Positions 1 to 8,364 are shown, counted from the first letter of the stretch. The stretch: DNA of 10,666 nt from Nitrospirota bacterium (GCA_963788195.1 CAWBGA010000007.1:1-10666), one strand, 5' to 3'. Numbers and translations are program-made. The notes: a model not told the origin generated them from the sequence alone.

Positions 1-280
1 CCTTTTCCCCTAGTACACCCGCCCAGCAAGCCGAGCTTGCTCGACCCGAAGGCCTGATGATTGTTTAAGGCCGCCGGGGTAGTTCTCTGTTCTTGACCTT
101 CATCTCAGCTTTCCACGCCACGAAATCTCATATCACCCTCCCACCCCAAGCCATTTGACCCATTGCATTTCAGGAGCAATGGGTACCCCGACAGGCTTTC
201 GTCCCGTGGGACAGACTTCTTTGCCCCTTTTACACCCGCCCAGCCCTGGAGTTTGCCAAGACAAACTCCTTTGCCCCTTG
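1..280. repeat. Intergenic region with dispersed direct repeats and three perfect short hairpins
   Basis: Exact 14-mer TACACCCGCCCAGC at 14-27 and 231-244 (23/27 identity for 1-27 vs 218-244). GACAGACTTCTTTGCCCCTTT (210-230) vs GACAAACTCCTTTGCCCCTTG (260-280) match 18/21 at 50-nt spacing. Perfect stems: AGCAAGC/GCTTGCT (25-31/35-41), ACCCATTGC/GCAATGGGT (158-166/176-184), GGAGTTTG/CAAACTCC (248-255/262-269). Confidence 0.65.
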
Positions 281-285
281 TCGAG

Positions 286-579
286 TCAACGATCTCCGAG
301 GATTCTCGGCACTCGAAAGAAGCCGTCCGCCTGATCAGGGGCGTTCATCAAAGCCTTTTCCTGAGACAGCGACGGTCGAACTTCATCGTCGCGAAAAACA
401 TTATCCTTTAGAGGCCCTGTGGCGGTTGGCTCTACCCCGCTGGTGTCCAGAGTCTTGAGCTCGTCCATGTACGTCAGGATGGCGCTGAGTTGCCGGGCGA
501 ACATCCCCTTTTCATCCTCGCCAAGCTCCAATCGCGCGAGCTTGGCGATATGCTCGACTTCCTGTTGGGTAATCTCCAT
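286..579 (-). CDS. gatC: Asp-tRNA(Asn)/Glu-tRNA(Gln) amidotransferase subunit C
   Basis: 97 aa with typical GatC motifs: ITQQEVEHIAKLARLEL, LDTSGVEPT, NVFRDDEV and C-terminal NAPDQADGFFRVPRI. Confidence 0.96.
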   Translation of the reverse strand: MEITQQEVEHIAKLARLELGEDEKGMFARQLSAILTYMDELKTLDTSGVEPTATGPLKDNVFRDDEVRPSLSQEKALMNAPDQADGFFRVPRILGDR

Positions 580-620
580 CGCTTTATTCTATCCGATCCG
601 TGGACACGCCGGGACAATTC

Positions 621-2449
621 CTACTCAACCGTCACACTTTTCGCCAGATTGCGGGGCTGATCGACATCAGTACCACGCAGCACGGCCATATGATACGCCA
701 GGATCTGTAACGGCACCGTGAAGAGAATCGGAGACAGCAGCGGGTGGACATTGGGTATTGAAAAGATGGCATGGCTGTTCTTCCTAGTTCCCGCTCGCCT
801 TCCGTAACCAAGGCGATCACCGGCGCCCCCCGGGCTTTGACTTCCATCAGATTGCTGACGGTTTTGTCGTAGAGCCGGTCTTTCGGCGCGAGAACCACGA
901 CGGGCATGTCTTTATCGATGAGGGCGATCGGGCCGTGCTTCATCTCGCCGGCCGGATAACCTTCGGCATGGATGTAGGAAATCTCCTTGAGCTTGAGCGC
1001 CCCTTCGAGCGCGATCGGATAATTAATGCCTCGGCCGAGGTACAAGAAATTGCGCTTGGTGTAGTAGCGTTTAGCGATTGAGACCAACTCAGCTTCGCGC
1101 CCGAGGAGATTTTTGACGTGCGTCGGCAAGGTCACAAAGCGCTCCAGCCACACCTTTCCGTCTTCGACAGACATTGCGCCCCGTACCCGGGCCAAGTGTA
1201 ACGAGAGCAGGTATAGCGCGGTGAGCTGGGCAGTGAAGGCCTTTGTCGACGCTACACCGATTTCAGGGCCGGCGCGGGTATACAGCACGCCATCTGATTC
1301 TCTGGTGAGGGTGCCTCCAACTACGTTGCAAATCGATAGGACCCGGGCTCCCTGGCGTCTCGCCTCCCGGGCGGCAGCCAGGGTATCGGCCGTCTCTCCG
1401 GACTGGGAAATGGCGACGAAAAGGTCGTTTTTTTGAATCAGCGGGTTGCGATACCGGAATTCCGATCCGATATCGACAAACACCGGTGCCCCGACCATTT
1501 CCTCGATGAGATACTTGCCGACCAAACCGGCATGCCACGACGTGCCGCACGCCACGATCCAGATCCGCCCGGTTTCTGCGAGTTGGGCGGGAGTGACTCC
1601 GATGTCGGGCAGATCGGCTTCGCCCTGATCGTAGCTATAGCGGCCCCGCATGGTGTCCAGAATTGTCTGTGGCTGTTCGTGGATCTCCTTGAGCATGTAA
1701 TGGGGATAGCCGGCCTTTTCCGCTGCCGTGGCATCCCAGGTGATGCGTGTCGGTTTACGATTGAGATCCTTCCCGTTCGCATCCTTGACCACTAATGCGG
1801 TTGCGCTCAACACGGCCAACTCGCCATCGTCTAGAAAGATCACGTCACGCATATGCCTGAGCAGGGCCGTCACGTCGGAGGCTATGAAGGCACCATCGTC
1901 GCACATGCCGATCACCAGAGGACATCCAGAGCGGGCTGCGACCAGGGTAGTGGGATCATCTTCGCAAATGACCGCAATCGCATAGCTGCCCTGTATGTCA
2001 AGCAGGGCCGCGCGCACGGCGGCTTCAAGCCCCAGGCCAGCTTTCAAGGAGCGCGCAATGAGATGGGTCACGACCTCGGTATCGGTCTCGGATACAAAGC
2101 GGAATCCGTCGCTGAGCAGCATCGCCTTTACGGCCAGGTAGTTTTCAATAATGCCGTTATGGACAAGCGCCAATGGTCCGGACCGATGCGGGTGAGCGTT
2201 CTGCTCCGACGGCTTCCCGTGGGTGGCCCAGCGAGTGTGGCCGATGCCGACCGTTCCGCTTAACGCATCGCGTGCTAAGACTTTCTCGAGATTTACAAGC
2301 TTGCCGACACTGCGCCGGATGCCTATTTTCCCATTCGCCAGCACCGCGACCCCCGCCGAGTCGTAACCGCGGTATTCCAGCCGCTTGAGGCCGTCGATCA
2401 GCAGCGGCACTGCATTTTGGCTGCCGATATATCCGACGATACCGCACAT
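621..2449 (-). CDS. glmS: Glutamine--fructose-6-phosphate aminotransferase (isomerizing), with an apparent 1-nt deletion frameshift at ~772/773. The uncorrected ORF is 632..2449.
   Basis: N-terminal MCGIVG (Ntn Cys), [44 protein letters not shown] and EMKHGP. The expected tail [49 protein letters not shown] is encoded at 770..621 in a different frame. Adding one base gives a 609-aa protein. Confidence 0.95.
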
Positions 2450-2450
2450 G

Positions 2451-3878
2451 CTAGTGTTTGCCTCTCGAAGGCTTTGCGCCGTTCTTCTGACGCCATGTCT
2501 TCGCCCGTCCCGCCTTCACCACTTGTCTCGCCCTGCCCAACGCCAGTGCTTCCGCGGGGACATTGTCTGTCACGACCGACCCCGCTCCGATGATCGCGCC
2601 CCTGCCGATCTGGACCGGAGCGACCAGCGACACATCGCTGCCGATGAATACATCATCCCCGATGACGGTTTGATGTTTGCTCACCCCGTCATAGTTGCAG
2701 GTGATAGTCCCGGCGCCGATGTTCACTCGTTTCCCGATTCGAGCATCGCCCAGGTAACTCAAGTGATTCGCCTTGGCTCCGATGCCAAGTTCCGCTTTCT
2801 TCATCTCCACAAAGTTCCCTACCTTTGCCGCCCGCCTGATGATCGTCCCCGGGCGAAGTCGCGAAAACGGGCCGACGACGCAGCCCTCCTCCAGGCGGGC
2901 TCCTTCGATGACACACGCGTCCAGCACGGTAACACCTCGGGTGAGGACGCTTTCTGTGATACGGCAATGGGACCGAATCACACAATCCTCCCCAATGATT
3001 GTACGACCTTCCAAGGTGGTGTGCGGATGGATGACGCAGTCTCGACCGATCTGCACTTCCGAATCGACAAAGCTCGTTTCCGGAGCCAAAAATGTTACAC
3101 CCGCAGCCATTAGCCGCTCTCGGATACGGGACCGCATCAGTCGCTCCGCCTCGGCCAGGTCCTGCCGCGTATTGATGCCCAGCGCTTCGATCGGATCATC
3201 AGCGGGATAAGCCGTCACTCGCTTTCCCAGCCCGACGGCGATCGAGATAATGTCCGTCAGGTAGTATTCCTTCTGCGCATTGGAAGGCTTCAACTGGCTG
3301 AGCGCGGGAAATAGGAAATGACCTTCCACGATGTAGGTCCCGGCATTGACCTCGCTGATGCGTCGTTCAGCAGGAGTGGCATCTTTGTCTTCAACAATTC
3401 GCCATACATATCCATCGCGCCCCCGCACTATGCGCCCGTACCCAGCGGGTTGCTCGAGATGCGCCGTGAGCACTGTGATCAGAGCACGTTCAGAGTCGTG
3501 ATGGGCCAGCATCCGTTGAATAGTCGCCTGTCGTAACAATGGGGTATCGCCACTGAGGATAATAAATCGTCGCTTACGCCATCCCTCACCCGCCTCGAAC
3601 ACCGGCTGGGCCTGCGCAACCGCATGGCCCGTACCAAGCCGCCGTGCCTGTACAACCGGGATAACGTTGTATCCGCTGATCACATCTTTTACTCTCTCGG
3701 CTTGATGTCCGGTGATAACCGCAATGTTTGACTTGCCGCCGCTCGCCAGTGCCTCTGCAAGCTCAAGGGCATAGAGGACCATGGGGCGGCCGCCGATTGG
3801 ATGGAGGACCTTGGTGAGCTTTGAACGCATGCGCGTCCCCTCACCGGCCGCTAAAATAATGACCGACGGTCGCTTCAT
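2451..3878 (-). CDS. glmU: Bifunctional UDP-N-acetylglucosamine pyrophosphorylase / glucosamine-1-phosphate N-acetyltransferase
   Basis: IILAAGEGTRMRS, KVLH, LGTGHAV, GYGRIVR, EVNAGTY, EYYLTD, hexapeptide (left-handed beta-helix) repeats, GNFVEMKK, KANHLSYLGDA and GAGTITCNYDG. The stop is 1 nt from the glmS start, the classic glmU-glmS pairing. Confidence 0.98.
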   Translation of the reverse strand: MKRPSVIILAAGEGTRMRSKLTKVLHPIGGRPMVLYALELAEALASGGKSNIAVITGHQAERVKDVISGYNVIPVVQARRLGTGHAVAQAQPVFEAGEGWRKRRFIILSGDTPLLRQATIQRMLAHHDSERALITVLTAHLEQPAGYGRIVRGRDGYVWRIVEDKDATPAERRISEVNAGTYIVEGHFLFPALSQLKPSNAQKEYYLTDIISIAVGLGKRVTAYPADDPIEALGINTRQDLAEAERLMRSRIRERLMAAGVTFLAPETSFVDSEVQIGRDCVIHPHTTLEGRTIIGEDCVIRSHCRITESVLTRGVTVLDACVIEGARLEEGCVVGPFSRLRPGTIIRRAAKVGNFVEMKKAELGIGAKANHLSYLGDARIGKRVNIGAGTITCNYDGVSKHQTVIGDDVFIGSDVSLVAPVQIGRGAIIGAGSVVTDNVPAEALALGRARQVVKAGRAKTWRQKNGAKPSRGKH

Positions 3879-3881
3879 GAG

Positions 3882-4529
3882 CTAGATCCCCCGGTGCACG
3901 CCACCGGTACCGACCGGCTCGGCAGCGGGCGGCGCTGGGGTGTACATTCCTCCGGAGAACATCATTTTCATGGCTTCATCAACGGTCATGTTGACGGGTA
4001 TCAATTCGCGCTCCGGTACAAAAAGCAAATAGCCGGAGGTCGGATTCGGCGAGGTTGGCACATACACATTGATGACGCGGTCGGTGCTGATTCCCTGGAC
4101 TTCTCCCGGGGTCACCCCTGTGACGAGCGCCAGCGCATATTGTCCCTTGCGCGGGAATTCAATCATCACCACACCCCTGTATTTATCCTTGCCCTTCTCC
4201 TTTTCCTGGTAGGCCAACACGTCCATCATGGATTTAATCGTGGCGTAAATTCCACGAACTAGGGGCACACGCTTAAGCAGATCCTCCCAACCGGCAACAA
4301 TGCGACGCCCGACGATGTTTCTCGTGAGCAGACCGGCTGTGAAGATAACAATCAAGAGAAGAAGAATCCCTAAGCCGGGATAGCGATGCGTTATGTAACG
4401 TTCAGGTAAATCCCCGAGGAGGCCATCGAAGGTGACAAACAAAGTTTTAAGGACAAGGATCGTTCCCCAGATGGGAACCACGACCAAGAGCCCGGTCAAA
4501 AAGTACCGTTTGAGCACGATTTTGAACAT
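3882..4529 (-). CDS. DUF502 family membrane protein
   Basis: Two N-terminal hydrophobic segments (RYFLTGLLVVVPIWGTILVL; PGLGILLLLIVIFTAGLL), then RVPLVRGIY, VMIEFPRKG, VYVPTSPNPTSGYL and MTVDEAMKMMFSGG, as I recall for DUF502/COG2928. The stop is 3 nt from the glmU start. Confidence 0.9.
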   Translation of the reverse strand: MFKIVLKRYFLTGLLVVVPIWGTILVLKTLFVTFDGLLGDLPERYITHRYPGLGILLLLIVIFTAGLLTRNIVGRRIVAGWEDLLKRVPLVRGIYATIKSMMDVLAYQEKEKGKDKYRGVVMIEFPRKGQYALALVTGVTPGEVQGISTDRVINVYVPTSPNPTSGYLLFVPERELIPVNMTVDEAMKMMFSGGMYTPAPPAAEPVGTGGVHRGI

Positions 4530-4571
4530 GGTGTGCGTGCGGTCTCAGATAGCGCCGAAGTACTGCGGTTC

Positions 4572-4600
4572 ATCATACAAACATCCAGAGACACGCGCAA
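4572..4600 (-). promoter_or_regulatory. Putative sigma70-type promoter for DUF502-glmU-glmS-gatC
   Basis: The minus strand reads TTGCGC (4600-4595), a 17-nt spacer, then TATGAT (4577-4572), about 40 nt upstream of the ATG at 4529. Confidence 0.6.
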
Positions 4601-4608
4601 GCCATTTC

Positions 4609-4637
4609 TTGCTATTTTCAATGAGTTAAACTATCAT
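4609..4637 (+). promoter_or_regulatory. Putative sigma70-type promoter for tmk-holB-metG
   Basis: TTGCTA (4609-4614), a 17-nt spacer, then TATCAT (4632-4637), in an AT-rich intergenic stretch. Confidence 0.6.
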
Positions 4638-4658
4638 TCACGACTTACCAAAATCACA

Positions 4659-4666
4659 TAAGGAGG
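4659..4666 (+). promoter_or_regulatory. Shine-Dalgarno site for tmk
   Basis: TAAGGAGG lies 10 nt upstream of GTG 4677. An in-frame TGA at 4671 rules out an earlier start. Confidence 0.7.
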
Positions 4667-4676
4667 CCATTGAGGA

Positions 4677-5357
4677 GTGCAGGGGGAGCGCCGAAAGCGG
4701 GGGGTTTTACTTAGTTTTGAAGGGATCGAAGGCTCCGGAAAGACGACCCAGATCCACCTACTGGCCGACCGCCTTCGATCTCTGGGATATCTGGTCATCG
4801 AGACCCGGGAGCCCGGCGGTTCGCCGATCAGTGAGCAGATCCGTTCTGTTCTCTTAGCTCCTGGCAATCGCGCCATGGATGCCCGGTGCGAGCTACTTCT
4901 CTATCTCGCCAGCCGCGTGCAACATCTTACTGATATCATCCTGCCTTCAATGGAAAAAGGCGCGGTCGTACTGTGTGACCGCTACGCTGACGCGACCCTT
5001 GCGTACCAGGGGTACGGCCGCGGGCTAGGTGCCTCCGTCACGCGCCAATTGATTAGCTTTGCATCAGGTCGTCTAGTCCCGAACCTCACGATCCTTCTAG
5101 ATATCCCCGTCGGCGTCGGACTGGAGCGGAAACGACGGGCAGGCAATATGGATCGGCTCGATCTTGAAGAGGACGTGTTTCATCACAGGGTCCGCAAAGG
5201 CTATCTCAGAATTGCCCGGCAAGAACCCCGTCGCGTCCGTGTTATTGATGGCACCACACCGCCCGAACTGGTCGCGCAAGCCGTTCGACGGATTGTGGAA
5301 GAACGATTGAGCAGGAGTCCCAATCGCTTAACGAGAGTGGAGCCTCATGCCGTTTAA
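4677..5357 (+). CDS. tmk: Thymidylate (dTMP) kinase
   Basis: P-loop FEGIEGSGKTTQ, plus TREPGG, ELLLYLASRVQH, LCDRY, AYQGYGRG and DRLDLE. Overlaps the holB start by 11 nt. Confidence 0.97.
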   Translation: MQGERRKRGVLLSFEGIEGSGKTTQIHLLADRLRSLGYLVIETREPGGSPISEQIRSVLLAPGNRAMDARCELLLYLASRVQHLTDIILPSMEKGAVVLCDRYADATLAYQGYGRGLGASVTRQLISFASGRLVPNLTILLDIPVGVGLERKRRAGNMDRLDLEEDVFHHRVRKGYLRIARQEPRRVRVIDGTTPPELVAQAVRRIVEERLSRSPNRLTRVEPHAV

Positions 5358-6351
5358 GTCTGTCATCGGTCATGCCCAGCCGCAGCGTTTCCTGCAAGCA
5401 GCGCTCGAAAGCGGACGCCTGGCGCATGCCCTGCTCTTTCACGGGGAGGACAGGATTGGCAAACGGCTCGTAGCCAAGGTGCTCGCACAGGCCATTAACT
5501 GCGAAGCGGCGCCGGCCTTGTCGCCGCCGGACGCATGCGGTACTTGCCGTTCGTGCCATCAGATCGACATTGGTTCCCATCCGGATGTCACGATCATTCA
5601 AGCAACCAGCGGCAAGGGTGAAACCGACCAGACGCGCGAGATTGAATCGCGGTTCATCTACCGACCTCTCGTTGGGTCACGAAAAATTGTGATCCTCGAT
5701 AATGCTGATTTGCTCAGGCAGGAAGCGGCAAATGCGTTGCTCAAGACCATCGAAGAGCCTCCGCCCCAGAGTCTGATCATCCTGGTCTCCGCCTATCCGG
5801 AATGCCTGTTGCCCACCATCCGGTCGCGATGCCAGGAATTGCGATTCGCCCCGCTTCCCATCGGTCTCGTCAAAGACCTTCTCATCCGGCAGCGGCGACT
5901 CTCGGACAGTGACGCGGGGTTTTTGTCGATGGTATCCGGGGGAAGAGTTGGGCTCGCGCTCGAAGCCAATATCGAGGATCTCCGCGCACAAAGGGCAGCC
6001 TTGCTGGAACTGGTCAGCCGCGATTGTCTTGACAGCGTCGCAGCCCTGTTCAAGGTGGCGGAAGCAATCGCCAAATCAGAATACGCCGACGCGGCGCTCG
6101 GATGGCTCGCCGCGTGGTTTCGCGATCTTGCCATTGTGAAGGTGGGGGGGGACCATAGTCGCCTGATCAATAGTGATTGCCTCGATGATCTGAAGCGCCT
6201 TGCGGCGCGCCTCACCGTGGAGAAGATTCTCGAATTGGCGGCGTTCGTCGAGACCCTACAAGAAGGCATGGAGCGAAACCTCAATAAGCAGTTGACTCTC
6301 GAGGGCTTGCTCCTCCGGCTCCGCGACGCGCTTCAAACCAAAGCCGCCTAG
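5347..6351 (+). CDS. holB: DNA polymerase III subunit delta'
   Basis: HALLFHG with degenerate Walker A GEDRIGK, C4 zinc motif (NC...ACGTCRSC), HPD, AANALLKTIEEPP and arginine finger LPTIRSRCQ. Conserved tmk-holB synteny. Confidence 0.93.
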   Translation: MPFKSVIGHAQPQRFLQAALESGRLAHALLFHGEDRIGKRLVAKVLAQAINCEAAPALSPPDACGTCRSCHQIDIGSHPDVTIIQATSGKGETDQTREIESRFIYRPLVGSRKIVILDNADLLRQEAANALLKTIEEPPPQSLIILVSAYPECLLPTIRSRCQELRFAPLPIGLVKDLLIRQRRLSDSDAGFLSMVSGGRVGLALEANIEDLRAQRAALLELVSRDCLDSVAALFKVAEAIAKSEYADAALGWLAAWFRDLAIVKVGGDHSRLINSDCLDDLKRLAARLTVEKILELAAFVETLQEGMERNLNKQLTLEGLLLRLRDALQTKAA

Positions 6352-6368
6352 TCCATTTAGACTCGATC

Positions 6369-8345
6369 ATGAAGAAGACTTTTTACATCACAACGCCGAT
6401 CTATTACGTCAACGATGTCCCGCATATCGGCCATGCCTACACCACTATCGCTGCAGACGTCCTGGCGAGATATCACCGGCTGAGACTTGGAAGCCCCAAT
6501 GTCTTCTTTCTGACCGGTCTCGATGAACACGGCCAAAAGGTTCAGCAGGCGGCGGCCAAAGCCGGCGTCGAGCCACAGGTGCATTGTGACCGGCTTGCAC
6601 CGCAGTTCGTGAAACTCTGGAAACGACTGAACATCTCCAACGACGACTTTGTCCGTACGACGGAGCCAAGGCACACGAAGGTGGTGCAAAAGGCGCTACA
6701 ACAGCTCTACGACAAAGGCGAGATCTATCAGGCCAGCTATACCGGCTGGTATTGTACCTTCGACGAGCGGTTCTGGACCGAAAAGGACGTCATCGGCGGT
6801 CTGTGCCCCGATTGCCAGCGCCCTGTCGAGCAACTCAGCGAGACAAATTACTTCTTCCGGATGAGCAAATACCAGGACTGGCTGATCGCATACATCAAGC
6901 AGCATCCCGACTTCATCCGGCCACGATCGCGCCAGAACGAAGTCCTTGGCTTCCTGCAAAAGCCGTTGGAGGATCTGTCGATCTCACGCCCCAAATCTCG
7001 GCTCACCTGGGGGATCGAGCTGCCCTTTGATGCCAATTTCGTCACCTACGTATGGTTCGACGCCTTGGTGAACTACATCTCCATCCCCGGCTATCTTGTG
7101 GACGACGCCGCGTTTTCCAAATGGTGGCCTGCGGATGTGCATCTCATCGGGAAAGACATTCTGACCACCCACTCCGTTTACTGGTCAACCATGCTCAAGG
7201 CCATGCAATTGGAGATTCCAAGAACCATCTTTGCACATGGCTGGTGGACCGTTAAGGGTGAGAAGATGTCCAAGAGCCGCGGCAACGTGGTCGACCCTTA
7301 TTCGATCGTGGACGAGTTCGGCGTCGACCAATTTCGCTACTTTCTTTTGCGGGAGATTCCTTTCGGCCAGGATGGAGACTTTTCACGGGAGGCGCTTCTC
7401 ACCCGCATCAACAGCGATCTGGCCAACGATCTCGGCAACCTGTTGAATCGGACTCTCACCATGCTGGAGCGTTATGCGGGGGGCCGGGTGCCCGAGCCGG
7501 AGCCCACGGCAAGCCAAGACCAAGACAAGGCATTGCAAGAAGCCTGTATCGCACTACCCTCCCTCGTCCACAACTATCTTCAGAACTTGGAATTCAATCG
7601 CGCACTCGAGGCGATCTGGGGTGTCGTTCAGCTGGGCAATCAGTACATTGATAAATGCGCACCGTGGAATTTGGCCAAGAACCCTGCCGAAGAGGCACGG
7701 CTCAGGGCTGTTCTTTACAATACGGTCGAGACGCTGCGATTTCTCTGCCTCACGCTCTATCCCTTCCTACCGCACGCCGCTGAGGAGATGAAACAGCAAC
7801 TGGGCCTTCTCCTGAATTTCTCCAAGCCGTTGCTGGCCTCTGAAATAACCTGGGGAGGCAGCCTGCCCGGCACCCCGATCGCAAAAGGCCCGCCCCTCTT
7901 TCCAAGAATCGACTCATCAACCCAAGGAGCGATACGCGTGAGCCAACAACCAGGCCCCCAGTCACCAGAGGCGATGCCGACAGTGCCGCCCGCTACACCT
8001 TCGGTAGCCTCATCCGTTGAAGAACAGATTACGATCGACGATTTCAAAAAGGTCGTCCTTCGCGTAGGCACGATCCTTACCGCGGAGCGCGTGCCAAAAT
8101 CCACAAAGCTTCTCAAGCTGCAGGTCGATCTTGGCGCCGATCAACGGCAAATTGTGGCCGGCATCGGCACCAAGTATGCCCCGGAAGACCTGATCGGTAG
8201 GCGGATCGTGGTAGTAGCGAACATGAAGCCCGCCAAATTAATGGGACTGGAATCCCAGGGAATGGTCCTGGCGGCCGGCGATCAGGACCTCACTGCGCTC
8301 CTCACCACTGCCGAAGATGTCCCTCCTGGGTCGAGGATTAAATAA
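6369..8345 (+). CDS. metG: Methionine--tRNA ligase with C-terminal tRNA-binding (Trbp111/EMAPII-like OB-fold) domain
   Basis: YITTPIYYVN, HIGH, GLDEHGQK, a single zinc knuckle (CTFD...CPDC), YVWFDAL, KMSKS, NSDLANDLGNLLNR and LFPRI. A Pro/Ser-rich linker follows, then ITIDDF...KLLKLQVDLG...RQIVAGI...NMKPAKLMGLESQGMVL. Confidence 0.98.
   Translation: MKKTFYITTPIYYVNDVPHIGHAYTTIAADVLARYHRLRLGSPNVFFLTGLDEHGQKVQQAAAKAGVEPQVHCDRLAPQFVKLWKRLNISNDDFVRTTEPRHTKVVQKALQQLYDKGEIYQASYTGWYCTFDERFWTEKDVIGGLCPDCQRPVEQLSETNYFFRMSKYQDWLIAYIKQHPDFIRPRSRQNEVLGFLQKPLEDLSISRPKSRLTWGIELPFDANFVTYVWFDALVNYISIPGYLVDDAAFSKWWPADVHLIGKDILTTHSVYWSTMLKAMQLEIPRTIFAHGWWTVKGEKMSKSRGNVVDPYSIVDEFGVDQFRYFLLREIPFGQDGDFSREALLTRINSDLANDLGNLLNRTLTMLERYAGGRVPEPEPTASQDQDKALQEACIALPSLVHNYLQNLEFNRALEAIWGVVQLGNQYIDKCAPWNLAKNPAEEARLRAVLYNTVETLRFLCLTLYPFLPHAAEEMKQQLGLLLNFSKPLLASEITWGGSLPGTPIAKGPPLFPRIDSSTQGAIRVSQQPGPQSPEAMPTVPPATPSVASSVEEQITIDDFKKVVLRVGTILTAERVPKSTKLLKLQVDLGADQRQIVAGIGTKYAPEDLIGRRIVVVANMKPAKLMGLESQGMVLAAGDQDLTALLTTAEDVPPGSRIK
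7924..7940 (+). promoter_or_regulatory. Candidate internal ribosome-binding site and in-frame GTG inside metG
   Basis: AAGGAG (7924-7929), an 8-nt spacer, then GTG (7938-7940 = codon 524 of metG). It lies just after the FPRI motif that ends the synthetase core. Confidence 0.45.
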
Positions 8346-8364
8346 GGCCGCGAGGTGTGCGCCG

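Noticed and set aside
54..125. Hammerhead-like core words CTGATGA (54-60) and CGAAA (121-125)
   Set aside because: The bases after CTGATGA (TTGTT) do not pair with those before GAAA (GCCAC), so stem II cannot form. I found no stems I or III.
190..262. c-di-GMP-I riboswitch-like words on the minus strand (GGCAAAC...GGGACGAAAGCC)
   Set aside because: The spacing is wrong and no GNRA-capped P2 or P3 receptor stem is evident. The local repeats explain the words. An Rfam scan would settle it.
248..272. 8-bp hairpin just downstream of gatC as an intrinsic terminator
   Set aside because: There is no U-tract on the gatC (minus) strand and only TTT on the plus strand, so I kept it as part of the repeat region.
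2449..2453. glmS ribozyme upstream of glmS
   Set aside because: The glmU stop and glmS start are 1 nt apart, so there is no leader.
2385..3113. 242-aa plus-strand ORF and the other antisense or overlapping ORFs inside glmS, glmU, holB and metG
   Set aside because: These are shadow ORFs of GC-rich conserved genes, with no recognisable motifs.
4670..4714. Short out-of-frame TTG ORF right after the tmk SD
   Set aside because: Only 3 nt separate the SD and TTG, which is too short. GTG 4677 explains the SD.
6144..6151. G8 run in holB as a phase-variation tract
   Set aside because: The run is short, in frame (Val-Gly-Gly-Asp) and in an essential gene.
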